DNA from: an uncultured Chthonomonadaceae bacterium
Lineage (GTDB): Bacteria; Armatimonadota; Chthonomonadetes; Chthonomonadales; Chthonomonadaceae
NCBI GenBank assembly: GCA_963835065.1
Contig: CAWIEK010000034.1
Span: forward strand, 1 to 64,000
DNA: 64,000 nucleotides
Reading direction: 5' to 3'
Below, piece by piece: positions 50,440 through 61,048 of the stretch. Made by a program: the position numbers and the translations under genes. Within the stretch, counting starts at the first letter, position 1, and every line of letters starts with the position of its first letter. The notes beneath the pieces were generated by a model. That model did no database searches, was not told the DNA's origin, and saw nothing but the letters and a program-made list of their open reading frames with translations.

Positions 50440-52410
50440 CTAAAACCTTGTTGCTGTCAGGTCGAAGGAGATACGGTGATTGAACGTGGAGTAGGTGAGC
50501 TGCAGTTCTCGCGCGCCGATGCGTCGTCCGAGGGTAAATTCCAGATCGCTGTAGCTTTGTCCCTCGAAGCGCTGAAGCGTGGCCGAGGTCAGGATGCGCC
50601 AATTGCTGTTCAGGCGATACGCGGCATCGGCCAGAACGCTGGTGTCGGCGGTATCCAAAAACGTGCTTCCGAAAACCGACATCTGAAATTTCTTGGTATT
50701 GGCGACGTTGTAGTTCAGGCTCACGCGGTGCTTGCCGCCCGTGTCCAGCGTACTCTGCGGGCGCGTCAGGTAATCATACGTCAGGTTCATGGAGCCGCCG
50801 CCCGCGAACGTGTGATCCAGCGACATGGTTGCCAGTCCAAGCAAGCCTGTGTTGGTCGGTCCGTTCCATAAGTGCCCGAACGTCACGCTGTTGGTCAAGG
50901 TCGTGCGCGTGTTGATTTGCAGGGGGCGGGTGAACGCGCGCATCGTCACTTGCTCGGACGTATCGCTGATCCCCGGCTCCGTGGTAAGATGGCTGCTCAG
51001 GCGGCTGGTGTTGAAACTGCCGCCGAACACGTACTGCACGTCTTTGGAGCCGAACAAGCGGTGCGGCAGAGTTTCCGCATAAGCATCGTTGTGGAAGGTG
51101 TTTTCGCCGTCGCTGGTAAAAGATTGGCCTTCCGTTAAATTCATGCCGAAGCGCATGGTTTGGGTTTGTTTGGACAGGCTCGTGTTGGCGTATACGCTAT
51201 CGTGGTGCGGGAAATCCACGTACATCGCGCCTTGCAGATTGTTGTGGAAATCCTGGTTATGCGTCCACCGAAAGCCCCAATCGCTGCTCAACAAGCCCGT
51301 AAATCCATACGCCCCTTCCACGCGCTTGTCCCCCTCCGAGGAGTAGCCCTGAATCACGTCCACCGCCCAGCCGGGGTTGGTGGCAAAGTAGCTGCGTCCC
51401 ACCTGCTGCCCGTGCCGCAGATACACAATGCCTGAACCGCGTGGAGAGAGATTGTAGTAGAACGGCAATTCCAGTCCGAAACCGTTCGTGCCCACGCTGA
51501 CGAAGTGATCCGAAAAGAGTTCCTCGGAGTTTATGCCAAGTTCATAGTAAGGCAGCGTGAGGATTTTGGCCTGATCCTGAAAGAAGTTTGGGGCGCGGAA
51601 TTGCAGCCGGTCGCCGGGGAAGTAGGTGATGCTGCGCGCGGTAATAATCAATTTGACAGACAATTCGGCGTACTGGTAGCGCGATGAGGGCGTAGGAGTC
51701 GTATCGGCTTTGGTCAGCAGATGCGTACCCGTTACAACGATAGGCTGCGTTTTGCCGTCCAGTTCGCCTATCGCCTGGCCTTCCTCGCTGGACAGGCTGT
51801 AGTGGAGTTTGGTCGCGTGAACGACATCCTTGCCGCGCTTCAGCGTGACGTTGCCGCTGGCGCGAATGTTGGCGGCATCGTTGCACTCCAACTGGATGCG
51901 GTCTGCGGTCAGGTCATAGTTGCGAAACGCCAGATGCGCTCCGCCGTCCTTGCCTTCCGCCTCAATGATTTTGTCGTTGGCGCTATATGCCAGATACCCC
52001 TTCCCGGTAATTAAAATATAATTGTTGCCTTCAAACGTGGCTTCGGGATCATCGGTAAACTCGATGTGGATGGTGTTGCTGGCGGCGGTTCCATTCACGA
52101 ACGCGGTCACATCGGCGACGCCGGCAATCGGCGCGCTTGTCAGCGTGGTATGGGCGCTGCCGCCGAACACGCGGACGCGGCTTTCGCGCAGCGTTCCCTT
52201 TGTGGTGGTAAACGTCACTTCGGCATTGCTGCCCAATCCGCCCTGCACCGTGACGAATAGTTCCGCCTGCTGCTTGCCATCGGCCAGCAGGGTGCTTTTG
52301 TTGGAATGAAGCGAAATCGTTGCTGCCGCGCAGGCTCGGATTGCAGAAAGGGAAACAAGCAAGGTTGTGAGCAGCAGCCAACACAGTGTCAGCACAAGTG
52401 GTTTGCGCAT
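50440..52410 (-). CDS. Invasin-type Ig domain + OstA/LptD-like jellyroll + outer-membrane beta-barrel
   Basis: Signal peptide; LLADG...VTFTTTKG; LTADRI...IRASGNVTL; LPYY, LELPFYY; alternating beta-strands; terminal Phe. Confidence 0.6.
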   Translation of the reverse strand: MRKPLVLTLCWLLLTTLLVSLSAIRACAAATISLHSNKSTLLADGKQQAELFVTVQGGLGSNAEVTFTTTKGTLRESRVRVFGGSAHTTLTSAPIAGVADVTAFVNGTAASNTIHIEFTDDPEATFEGNNYILITGKGYLAYSANDKIIEAEGKDGGAHLAFRNYDLTADRIQLECNDAANIRASGNVTLKRGKDVVHATKLHYSLSSEEGQAIGELDGKTQPIVVTGTHLLTKADTTPTPSSRYQYAELSVKLIITARSITYFPGDRLQFRAPNFFQDQAKILTLPYYELGINSEELFSDHFVSVGTNGFGLELPFYYNLSPRGSGIVYLRHGQQVGRSYFATNPGWAVDVIQGYSSEGDKRVEGAYGFTGLLSSDWGFRWTHNQDFHNNLQGAMYVDFPHHDSVYANTSLSKQTQTMRFGMNLTEGQSFTSDGENTFHNDAYAETLPHRLFGSKDVQYVFGGSFNTSRLSSHLTTEPGISDTSEQVTMRAFTRPLQINTRTTLTNSVTFGHLWNGPTNTGLLGLATMSLDHTFAGGGSMNLTYDYLTRPQSTLDTGGKHRVSLNYNVANTKKFQMSVFGSTFLDTADTSVLADAAYRLNSNWRILTSATLQRFEGQSYSDLEFTLGRRIGARELQLTYSTFNHRISFDLTATRF

Positions 52411-52537
52411 GGCGAGGCGGGTCTCCGAAGGGGGGTTGAAAGGAAAACTGTGAAATCGCTGGAGGAAACAAAGCGCAGGCGAGGCGCCTTTGTTTTCCTC
52501 CAGATAAGGCGGCATTTCACTACCGGCCAACTTTAGT

Positions 52538-52670
52538 CAGTGGTTGAAAACCACTGTCTGAATAGCCTGCGGCTGAACGTCCTACGGACGTAAATGCCTG
52601 TTTAACAAGGTATCGCGTCCGTAGGACGCTCGGCGCAACGCCATTCAGACGGGTATTTTCAATGCCCGGC
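52538..52670. repeat. REPIN-like composite palindrome
   Basis: CAGTGGTTGAAAACCACTG hairpin; GTCTGAAT/ATTCAGAC and CGTCCTACGGACG/CGTCCGTAGGACG inverted pairs. Confidence 0.7.
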
Positions 52671-52698
52671 CAAAGGTGTCCGGTAGTAAAGGCGGCAT

Positions 52699-53609
52699 TT
52701 ACTTGACGGTGGGAGCTGCCGCGCCTGCCGCCCCGCCTGCGCCGGCAGGAGCCGTTCCCGCAGCGGCAGCGCTCTTCGGAGTCATCGCTGATTTTAGTAC
52801 GGATGTCATCAGCTTTTCCGTGAGAGTGCGCGCGGCTTCCGTCGCCGCTGTGGTATCGGTTGCGTTTTTCGCCGACTTCGGCGCCGTTTTCACCGTATCG
52901 GCGGCGGTGGAACTAACCGGAGTCGGCCCGGAATAATCAATCATCTGAACGCTGAGTACCATCGTAACGTTTTGTTCGTCGGCGTTGTACTCGTATGAGA
53001 TCAGAGTGCTTATCAGGGCGGCGTCGTAGCCTGCCGCCGCCGTCAGCTTTTGCGCCTTATAGGTAACGGCGAACGGCGGGGCAACATCGGCGGGCGTCAG
53101 AGATTGCTCGGTCACGGAGCGGCGAATAGACGGCAGGGACGGCAGGAACGAAACCGGTCCAAATGTGCCTGTCGCCGACAAACGGCTCTTTTCCACATCC
53201 GTAATCACGTCCGACAATTGCAGCGCGGCGGCTCCCGTCGCGTCTACGGGGAACACCAGCACTGTACGCTTCGCCTCATACCCGTTTTTGCTGCCTTTTT
53301 TGCCGCTCTTTGCCGCCATTTTCGAGTTGCTTTTGGCACGTACTCTTGGATGGCTTTTTTGTTTTTGGTGGACTTCGGGTTTGTCTTCATGCCGGGGGGA
53401 GCGCCGTCTTTCTTAATGACGGTGTCAGGACGGTCGCCGGTTCGGGGCGTAGTGTCGCTGCTATCCTGCTGCGCGCGAACCGGGCCGGCAAGCGAACACA
53501 ACAGCATTGCGCCCAGCATTGCGCCGCCCCACCGCGCAAATCGCTTGCGTTCTGACCGCGCGTTTACAGCCCGTCCTGTCGCTATGTCCAAAGAGTCTTG
53601 CTTGTTCAT
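52699..53609 (-). CDS. Secreted CsgG/TolB-N-like alpha/beta protein (frameshift between about 53320 and 53370)
   Basis: Signal peptide in ORF 53244-53615 joins ORF 52699-53319 (TVLVFPVD...PSIRR...GYDAALIS). Confidence 0.5.
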
Positions 53610-53786
53610 GAACATGGGGGTCTACTCCATTGCCACAATCGAAATTGCCATAACCGAAAGCGTGAACGGGACTGCCATCCGGCAGCAGTCCCGTTCACAA
53701 AGGGAATACAGGAACCAAGCGACGGAGCGCTGATAGTTCGTAGCGCCTGCGTTGCTATCAACTACGAACTATCAACTATCAACTGC

Positions 53787-56700
53787 CTAGCGGGTGATCA
53801 CGAGGGGCTGGACTTTGCGTACGCGCTGTCCATCTTCGGTCTGCACTTGCAGTTCCACGTTGTACTGTCCGGCGGCAACCGCCGTGCCCTGCTGGTTTTT
53901 CAGATCCCACAGCGCGCTGCCGGTGGAAAGCCCGCCTTCCGCATCGCGGGTGCTGAGGTTGGTCAGCTTGCGCACCACTTGCCCGCGTCCGTTCAGGACG
54001 TTGATGGTCATCTGCGCCGCCGAGCGCGTCAGCGTGAAGTGGATGTTGGCGCTGCGCGTATCGCGGCCCGTCGTTCCGGCTGCGGTCAGCACATCCAGGG
54101 ATGTGATCTGAACGCCGCTGTTGCGGCTGATGGGTTCGGCGATAACCTGAACCGTCTGCGTTCCGTCCTGTCCCACGCTCACGATGTGCGAGGCCGCGCT
54201 GCGCATATTCACCCGCTCGTTCGTCACCGGGTTCACCATCGTCAGACGATAGTTGCGCGGCACGTCGCGGGAGATGCTGTTCCAGCTAAGGGTCACGCTG
54301 TCGTTGGGCTTGCTGGAACGAACGGTCATGTCCCACGTTTTCACGCCCGCCGCCGGGGAGCGCAGGTCATGCGCCAGTCGTGTACCTTCCGGCCACTCCT
54401 TGTGCGTGATTTCCAGCGTCAGCGTCTTGTTCATTTCCGGCGCTTTGCTGTACTTGTAGCCGTCCATGCCATCCGTGGCTTTGGGCGCGACACCGATGAA
54501 GTTATCGGGATCGTAGCCCGCCAAGCTCTTGGCGCTGATTTTCAAACGCCAGTTGTCCGAAGTGCCCCGGCCCAGTTTTTCCACGCTGGTCGAGCGCAGC
54601 TTGTTCTTAAAGCCCACGCCCAGAAGCGCGGCGCGGCCAACGGAAACGCCCGGAATGTCCACGCCCGGATACAGGAATTGCAGGTTCGCCTTCTTCACGT
54701 ATATCCAGTAACCCACATACGGCTGCATGGTGAAGCCGATGCTGTCCAGCAGCGTGTAGTGCCAGTTGGTCGGATCGGGATCGCTGGTATCGAACACGTA
54801 CACGGCGGGCAGCACCAATTGGTTGGTGGGAACCGACGCATCGGCGACGCTCGAAACCGACAGGGTATCAGGATCGAAGATTTGTATTTCCGAAAAGTTG
54901 ATCGGATACACATACGGGTCGCCGACCTGATTCCAGCCCCGGTTGTACACCATTTTATAAGCGTTTGATGTGGGCTGAACCTGGTTGTTCAAGGGCGGAT
55001 ACGCGGTCGGGTCCAGCAGAATATGCGAGTCCTGCGTGATGCGGCTGCGTATCCAGTAGGCCATGCCCGGCACGAACGTGGAAACCGTCTGGTACTTGCC
55101 CGTCGTGGCATCGAACTGCGCCAGGTCGGGAGCCACGATGTTGGGGTCCTGGCCGGGGAACAAGGCAGCCGAAGGAGCCGTGCCGTGAAAGTCCAGCGGG
55201 AACGAGATCATCTGGTACAGGCCTTTGGTGTTGGCGTTGCCTTTCAGATCAATGGCGGGCGCGCTCGGCACGATAATATCGCGCTGAACCACTTTGCCGC
55301 TTCCTACGTTTGCCGCCGCCGTCACCGTGAAGCGCAGCGTACCCGTTGCCGCGCCGTTGGACTGCACCATCCAGCTGACGCCGCCTTCCTGGCCGGGCGC
55401 GATGCTGCCGATGGTCTTGGTGGCCGTTTCGCCCGTCGCCAATTGCAGGCCGGTGGGCAGGTCAAGGCTCAGGCTGACCGGGCTGATGCTGATGCCCGAA
55501 CCCGGCTGCAAGTCCAGCAGGTTTGTCACGAACGCAGAGATCGTGAAGGTACTCGTCGGCGTACTTGCGCTGAACGGCAGGGCTGTAGGCGCGACAACGG
55601 CCAGGTTGATCGGCTGTCCCGCGTCAATGCTGCTGTCGCCCTGCCCGATATAGGTTGTAATCGGAATGTTCTGGCCGGGCGCGACGGACTGCTCATCATA
55701 GAAGGTGACAATCGCCGCATCCTGCGATCCCGGCGTGTCGAAACGGATTTTCGGGTCGGGAACAAAACCCCAGATACTATCGAAGTAACGTCCACTCGGT
55801 CCGGGAATGGATGTCGTGGTTCCCGTCGCGCCGGTCAGCGAAGAGGGCGGCGGATCGCTGCCTTCGAGCAGGCGTCCGCGTCCCAGCGCAAAGCGGGAGG
55901 GAACCGTCGGCTCATTGCCGGACGTGGATGTGGGCCGCAGGAAGCCTTCAATGCTGTGGATGGAAGCCGCGCTGTTGGTGCCCACCGCGGCCGTGCCCCG
56001 GCGCTGCACCTGCCAGGTTGTCGGCACATCGTTACCGCCGAGAACCACTTCGGTGCGCAGGTAAGGCCGGTTCGGAATGATGATCGGCGCGCTCAACGAG
56101 AGATCAACCGGGTCAAAGGCGAAGTCCTGCAAAAACGCCAGTCCTACCGTGTGGCTGCGGCCAATATCGTTATTAAGGATGTTGAACTGAAAGCGAATCT
56201 GGTCATGCACGAAGGAGGCCACAAGATCAATCTCGATTTTGGGATCAATCGTGGTGACAACCGTGCCGCCACCGCCGGTTCCACCGCCGCCTCCCGTACC
56301 GCCACCACCGGTTCCACCGCCTCCCGTGCCTGCCAGGGGCGCGTGGGGAAAGGTCTGCCAGCGCGCTACCAGATGGCTGTTGACCAGGTAGGGCACGGTC
56401 AGCCAGGTGCCGCCCCTGGTGGTATCCGGCTGCCCGAACTCGTAATCGAACCCATCGTGGCCGCCGTTGATACCGCCGTCCACGCGCACGAACACGCGCG
56501 TGCCATACAAGCGGATGCCTGTGGGCGGAATCAGCTTGCCGTAGTAAAAGAGGGTACTATTCGGGTCTGTCGAGTTGCCACTCGTGGTAAAGATGCCGAT
56601 GGAGCCGCCGCAGTTCTTGCCCCGGCCCATAGATAAGAACAGATCGCCGTTCCCGATGGTGATAAACTCGTTATCGCCGATGACGTTGGCCGGCGTATTG

Positions 56701-56840
56701 GCAGGATGGTTCCAGATGCCCTCGCCCTGCGGCGGGAATACCTCTTGCGCGCCTGCTTTGGTCATCGCCAGGCCCATGAGCGCCATAACGCTCATTACAA
56801 ACCCGGCTAGACGCTTGCTCTGTATGTGTTTCCACCCCAT
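53787..56840 (-). CDS. Large secreted protein with shared C-terminal module ending in a FlgD-like Ig domain
   Basis: Signal peptide; Gly-rich insert; MISFP, GWNQVGDPY, DPDNFIG, DLRS, WDLKNQQG..VAAGQY, LVITR-stop. Confidence 0.75.
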   Translation of the reverse strand: MGWKHIQSKRLAGFVMSVMALMGLAMTKAGAQEVFPPQGEGIWNHPANTPANVIGDNEFITIGNGDLFLSMGRGKNCGGSIGIFTTSGNSTDPNSTLFYYGKLIPPTGIRLYGTRVFVRVDGGINGGHDGFDYEFGQPDTTRGGTWLTVPYLVNSHLVARWQTFPHAPLAGTGGGGTGGGGTGGGGGTGGGGTVVTTIDPKIEIDLVASFVHDQIRFQFNILNNDIGRSHTVGLAFLQDFAFDPVDLSLSAPIIIPNRPYLRTEVVLGGNDVPTTWQVQRRGTAAVGTNSAASIHSIEGFLRPTSTSGNEPTVPSRFALGRGRLLEGSDPPPSSLTGATGTTTSIPGPSGRYFDSIWGFVPDPKIRFDTPGSQDAAIVTFYDEQSVAPGQNIPITTYIGQGDSSIDAGQPINLAVVAPTALPFSASTPTSTFTISAFVTNLLDLQPGSGISISPVSLSLDLPTGLQLATGETATKTIGSIAPGQEGGVSWMVQSNGAATGTLRFTVTAAANVGSGKVVQRDIIVPSAPAIDLKGNANTKGLYQMISFPLDFHGTAPSAALFPGQDPNIVAPDLAQFDATTGKYQTVSTFVPGMAYWIRSRITQDSHILLDPTAYPPLNNQVQPTSNAYKMVYNRGWNQVGDPYVYPINFSEIQIFDPDTLSVSSVADASVPTNQLVLPAVYVFDTSDPDPTNWHYTLLDSIGFTMQPYVGYWIYVKKANLQFLYPGVDIPGVSVGRAALLGVGFKNKLRSTSVEKLGRGTSDNWRLKISAKSLAGYDPDNFIGVAPKATDGMDGYKYSKAPEMNKTLTLEITHKEWPEGTRLAHDLRSPAAGVKTWDMTVRSSKPNDSVTLSWNSISRDVPRNYRLTMVNPVTNERVNMRSAASHIVSVGQDGTQTVQVIAEPISRNSGVQITSLDVLTAAGTTGRDTRSANIHFTLTRSAAQMTINVLNGRGQVVRKLTNLSTRDAEGGLSTGSALWDLKNQQGTAVAAGQYNVELQVQTEDGQRVRKVQPLVITR

Positions 56841-57117
56841 TGGAAGTCCTCCCTGGAGACGTATATTCTCTCAGCATAGCTGGGGGAACCACCATGCTTT
56901 CAAGGTTGATTGATAGGGGCCAGCCTGTCGCCGTCCCTCGTGACGTTCCCGTCACGGCGCGATTACAGCCGCGCAGGCTGTTCCGAATTGTTCCGGTCTT
57001 CCCCGGCAGGGCCGGCATGGGGTATGCCGGCCCTGCCCTCATTTTCAAGCAAAGGCGCGTGGCGGCTTGCGGTTCTTTTTACCAACCATCGGCCGCCAAT
57101 CACCAATCACCAACCCC

Positions 57118-60100
57118 CTAGCGCCCCGTTACCGTCAGCGGATAATGGTACTGCGTTACCCGGCCTTCGGACGAAGTGGCGCGGAACCGGACGATGTAGG
57201 TTCCGGCAGGCAGGGCGTGGTTCTGGCTGTCGCGTCCATTCCAGACTCACATGGTTGTCGCCGCTCGTAGCCGCGCGTCCCGAATCCAACTGCGTCAGCA
57301 GGCGTCCGCCCGTGCCCAGGATAGATACGTCCACCTGCGCGTCATGCGAGACATTGTAGTCTATCTGGTACGTGGACTGCCCTGTCGCTTTCGACGTGCC
57401 GCGCTGCGCGACAAACACGTTGTTGAAGACCACCGCGTCGCCGCTGTTACCCGGCTGCGCGGTAATGGTGAACTCGCGCGCCTGCGCTTTCGGTCCCGAA
57501 TTGAACTGGAAAGCGGCGCGGCTGCGAATATCCACCACCTGTCCCGTTGTGTTGTCCTTCAGCGTGAACTGGTAGTTACGCGGCAGGGAGTGGGCGTCGG
57601 GCCAGGACATGGTGACATCGGCATTGGGCTGATCCGTGCTGACGACCACATCCCAGGTTTTGGTTCCACCCAGGGAGCGCAAGTCCTGCGCGTACAGGCC
57701 GTTTTTGGCGGAGCGCTGCAGGCCAAGCGAAACGTTGGAGCCGAACCGGGGCGGCTTGGGCGCTTTGGTCAGATCATCGCCATCGGTGGCCGTGGACGAC
57801 ATGCCGATGTAGTTGTGCGCGTCTACCATGTCTTTGGAGCGCGCCACCAGCCGCAAGGCCCAGCTTCCCGCGCCGCGCACGATGGGTTTGTTGGCGGCAA
57901 TGGATGTCGCCCGCGTTTCCACGTTCTTCACGCCGAGCGTCTTTGCGCCCCGCGTGGTTCCGGCCTGTGTGGGCGTCATTACCAGCGTCAGCGCGTTGGG
58001 AGCGGGATTCACGCTTGTCGGGTCTTTGGGAATCACGTAAATCCAGTTGCCTTCCCAGGGATACAGCGTGCCGTTGGGAAGCGCCTGGAACTCGTAATCG
58101 TTGCCGATAAAGCGATAAATGAACGGCAGGATGAGCTTGCTTGTAGCGGCATCCGAGGCCGCGTACAGGGTTCCGTTCTGCGCCTGGATGGTCAGGTTTG
58201 CAAACGCAATCGGGAACGGGTACGCATCGCCGATCATATTCCAGCCTTCATGCAAAGGTACGCGGATCGTCTGCTGCGAGAACGTGCGTCCGTAGCTTTG
58301 AAAGGCGGAACCGGCAGTCAGATTGATGAAATATCCCAATCCCGCAGGCGTGGCATCCGTAACCGTGCTGGCAGGGTCGTTGGGATTGTCGCGCGGATCA
58401 ATGGTCGGAATAGGTGTCGTCGAGACATCAGTCGGATGCAGGGAGGCCAGGGTGTTCAGCTTATCGCCCGCCCCGGAACCATTGATGGCGTACTGCCCCT
58501 GAACCGTTTGCGCGCCGCTGGAATTAACGACTGCCGAATTGATCCACCGGTACAGGATGGCGCTGTTGGTTCCCAGAATCGCTTTGATGTCGCGCTTGGG
58601 ATTGGCGGGGTCCGGCGAGTCGCCGGGCGTTTCCACAACCGGGAAGGACACCATCGAAATGCCTGCCGGGAAGATATGCGGCCCCACGTTGTACACCAGG
58701 GATGCCTGGGCTGGAGCCAGGGTCGGGTCCTTAGGCGTCGAGGAGATGGATATTTGCTGCTGCTGCGACGTGAGGGAGGGAGCCGCCGTGTACCGGAACG
58801 AGATGTTGAACTTGGAAAAATTGGGATCTGGCGACACGTCCTGAACGTAGAGGTTTGTCACCAGCTTCGTCGCGCCGGGATCTACCGCGCCGTTGGTTAT
58901 CAAGGGCTGGGAGCCGGTGGGCGTTGTCAGCGTGACATTGATCAGGGGAGCGCCGGACGCGCTGCGCGCCGCATTGGTGGCCTGGAACCGGATCAAGGGG
59001 CGGAAGGTTTCTACGGGCAGGGGAGCGGCCTGCGAAGGCGCGGTGGACGAGTTTGTCGCCGGGTCAACCCCCTGGGGATCGGTAATCGTGACGACGTTGG
59101 AAACGCTCACCAGGGACGCATACGCATCCAGCAAGCCCACCCCGAACTTCTGATCGGGAACAGACGCCTGCCCGGTAATGGAATGGTTCGCATAGTTAAT
59201 CAGCGCGTTCAGTCCGCGCGTATAGTCCACGCCGGGTACGCTGCGCAGCAATCCCGCAACTCCCACGACGTGCGGCGCTGCAAACGACGTCCCCTGTATA
59301 AAGGAGTACTTATTCCCCAGGTCCAGACACAGGATACCATTGGGGTCGTTGTCGCTGCGTTGTTCGCCACCGGGAGCGGCGATCAGGACATTAGGCGCGA
59401 CAACGCCGTAACTGGAATAGTAGGCCAGCTTCGTTGGGTCGGGTCCAGTGGCGGAAACGGCAAGCACATTCGGGAAGTTTGCCGGGAGGACGGTAGTATC
59501 CGTTGAGTCGTTGGCCCTGGAAGCAATCAGGATGACACCGGCATCGGATAGCTTTTTCAAAGCTACGTACTGCGGGTCATTTAGATCAACGGCTGAATGA
59601 TCTCCAAGATCCGCGCCATAACTCATGTTGAGGGCCACGACGTTGTATTTGGTCACATTCTTGGCGATGTCTGCGTAGGCGGCAAAGATCGCGGCAGAGT
59701 CCAGATTATTCGTGTTTTTTTTCTGAACCTTGTAGGCCAGACAGGGCATATAATTCCAGATGACTCCGGCGATTCCTTTGGAATTGTTGGTATGCGCCAT
59801 GATGACGCCGCTTGTGGAAATGCCGTGCGACTCTTCCATTCCCGTTCCCGCGCTGATGTCGGCAGTTCCATCGGCGAAGTTGTAGCTGCCTGGCGAGAAA
59901 TTGGGCGCGTCTTCATGCGTGGGTTCGAAGCCACTATCTATATCCGCTACGGTGACACTGAGCGAGCCTTTTTGCAGTGTCCAGGCCTGGGGCATGTTAA
60001 TCAATTTAAGCCCGTACTGTTCACCGGTTTTGTAGCGCGGGTCGTTCGGCTCGGTGGTATTGCTCGTCGCCTGATGAACGACGTACTGAGGGCTGGCCTC

Positions 60101-60451
60101 GACGAACCGGACAGTCGTTTCCAATTTTAGTTGTGCCACAGCCGCCGCGACGCTGGGCTGGTCTAAATGGTTGTTGTCCAGCGTGACCATGTACAGGTTT
60201 TCCAGCGCCAGAGGGACAACACTGGCCGCCTGCACGGAATTCGCCAGCCGCGTGGCTTCGGCGGCGGGAGTTCCGGGCTTGAGGAACAGCAGAATTCTCC
60301 CCGGCTCATAGCGGGGGCCGCCAGGCTGGATGGCGCGATGTGGGCCGCGCAAGGGTTTTTTGGCCTGTCCTGACGCGAGGTTTGCGGCTGCGGCAAGCGC
60401 GCCGGTGACAAGCAGCGTCTGACTCAGGACGGATCTGCGAAAATGAAGCAT
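57118..60451 (-). CDS. S8 subtilase with the shared C-terminal module (frameshift near 57247)
   Basis: Triad DIDSG, HG and GTSFAAPH; GWNMIGDAY, DAHNYIG, DLRS; corrected end WNGRD...LPAGTY...LTVTGR-stop. Confidence 0.85.
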
Positions 60452-60724
60452 TATGAAATAACTCCTTGTCCGGGCGGCCTGCCGGAGCAGCCGCTGTGCA
60501 GACTGTGTCAGCGCGGAGGGAGCGACACCAGGGATGTTGCAAGTTGGCTTACAAATGAAGCGACAGAAAAAGAACTCAGAAATGAACACATTGGGGGGAA
60601 GCTCATCGTCGCCATACGGCAGGGCTGCAAGTTGACGATGGATATGTTTATTGTACCCTACAAGCGGCGGCAATGAGAGCAGGATTTCAAATTTTGCTCG
60701 TATTTTGTGTTTTCCGCCGGGCTA

Positions 60725-61020
60725 CCTCACCCCAACCCCTCTCCTGGACGCTCGTTCCTCGCTAGGAGAGGGGCTATTTTGTGGCAATCCTCTCCGGTTC
60801 GCTCGTTCCTCGCTAGGAGAGGGGCTATTTAAATGAAATCCTCTCCTGGTACACCGTCAATGTAGAACAGTTAGGTAGGGGCGCTGCTTGCTGCGCCCTC
60901 TGTGAGCGGTTGCTGCGCCCTCCTTTGAGGAGGGTTCAGCAAGCAGAACCCCTACAACGTACCCTACCCATCCTACCTTGACAGAGTACTAGCCGCTCGT
61001 TCCTCGCCAGGAGAGAGACT
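60725..61020. repeat. Cluster of nested REP/MITE-like elements
   Basis: Three CCTCTCC...CGCTCGTTCCTCGCYAGGAGAG units; the third is split by an insert at 60846-60992 that contains a GTAGGGG...CCCCTAC doublet. Confidence 0.75.
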
Positions 61021-61048
61021 TTGAAGCGCAGGATTGGCCTGATTTGGC

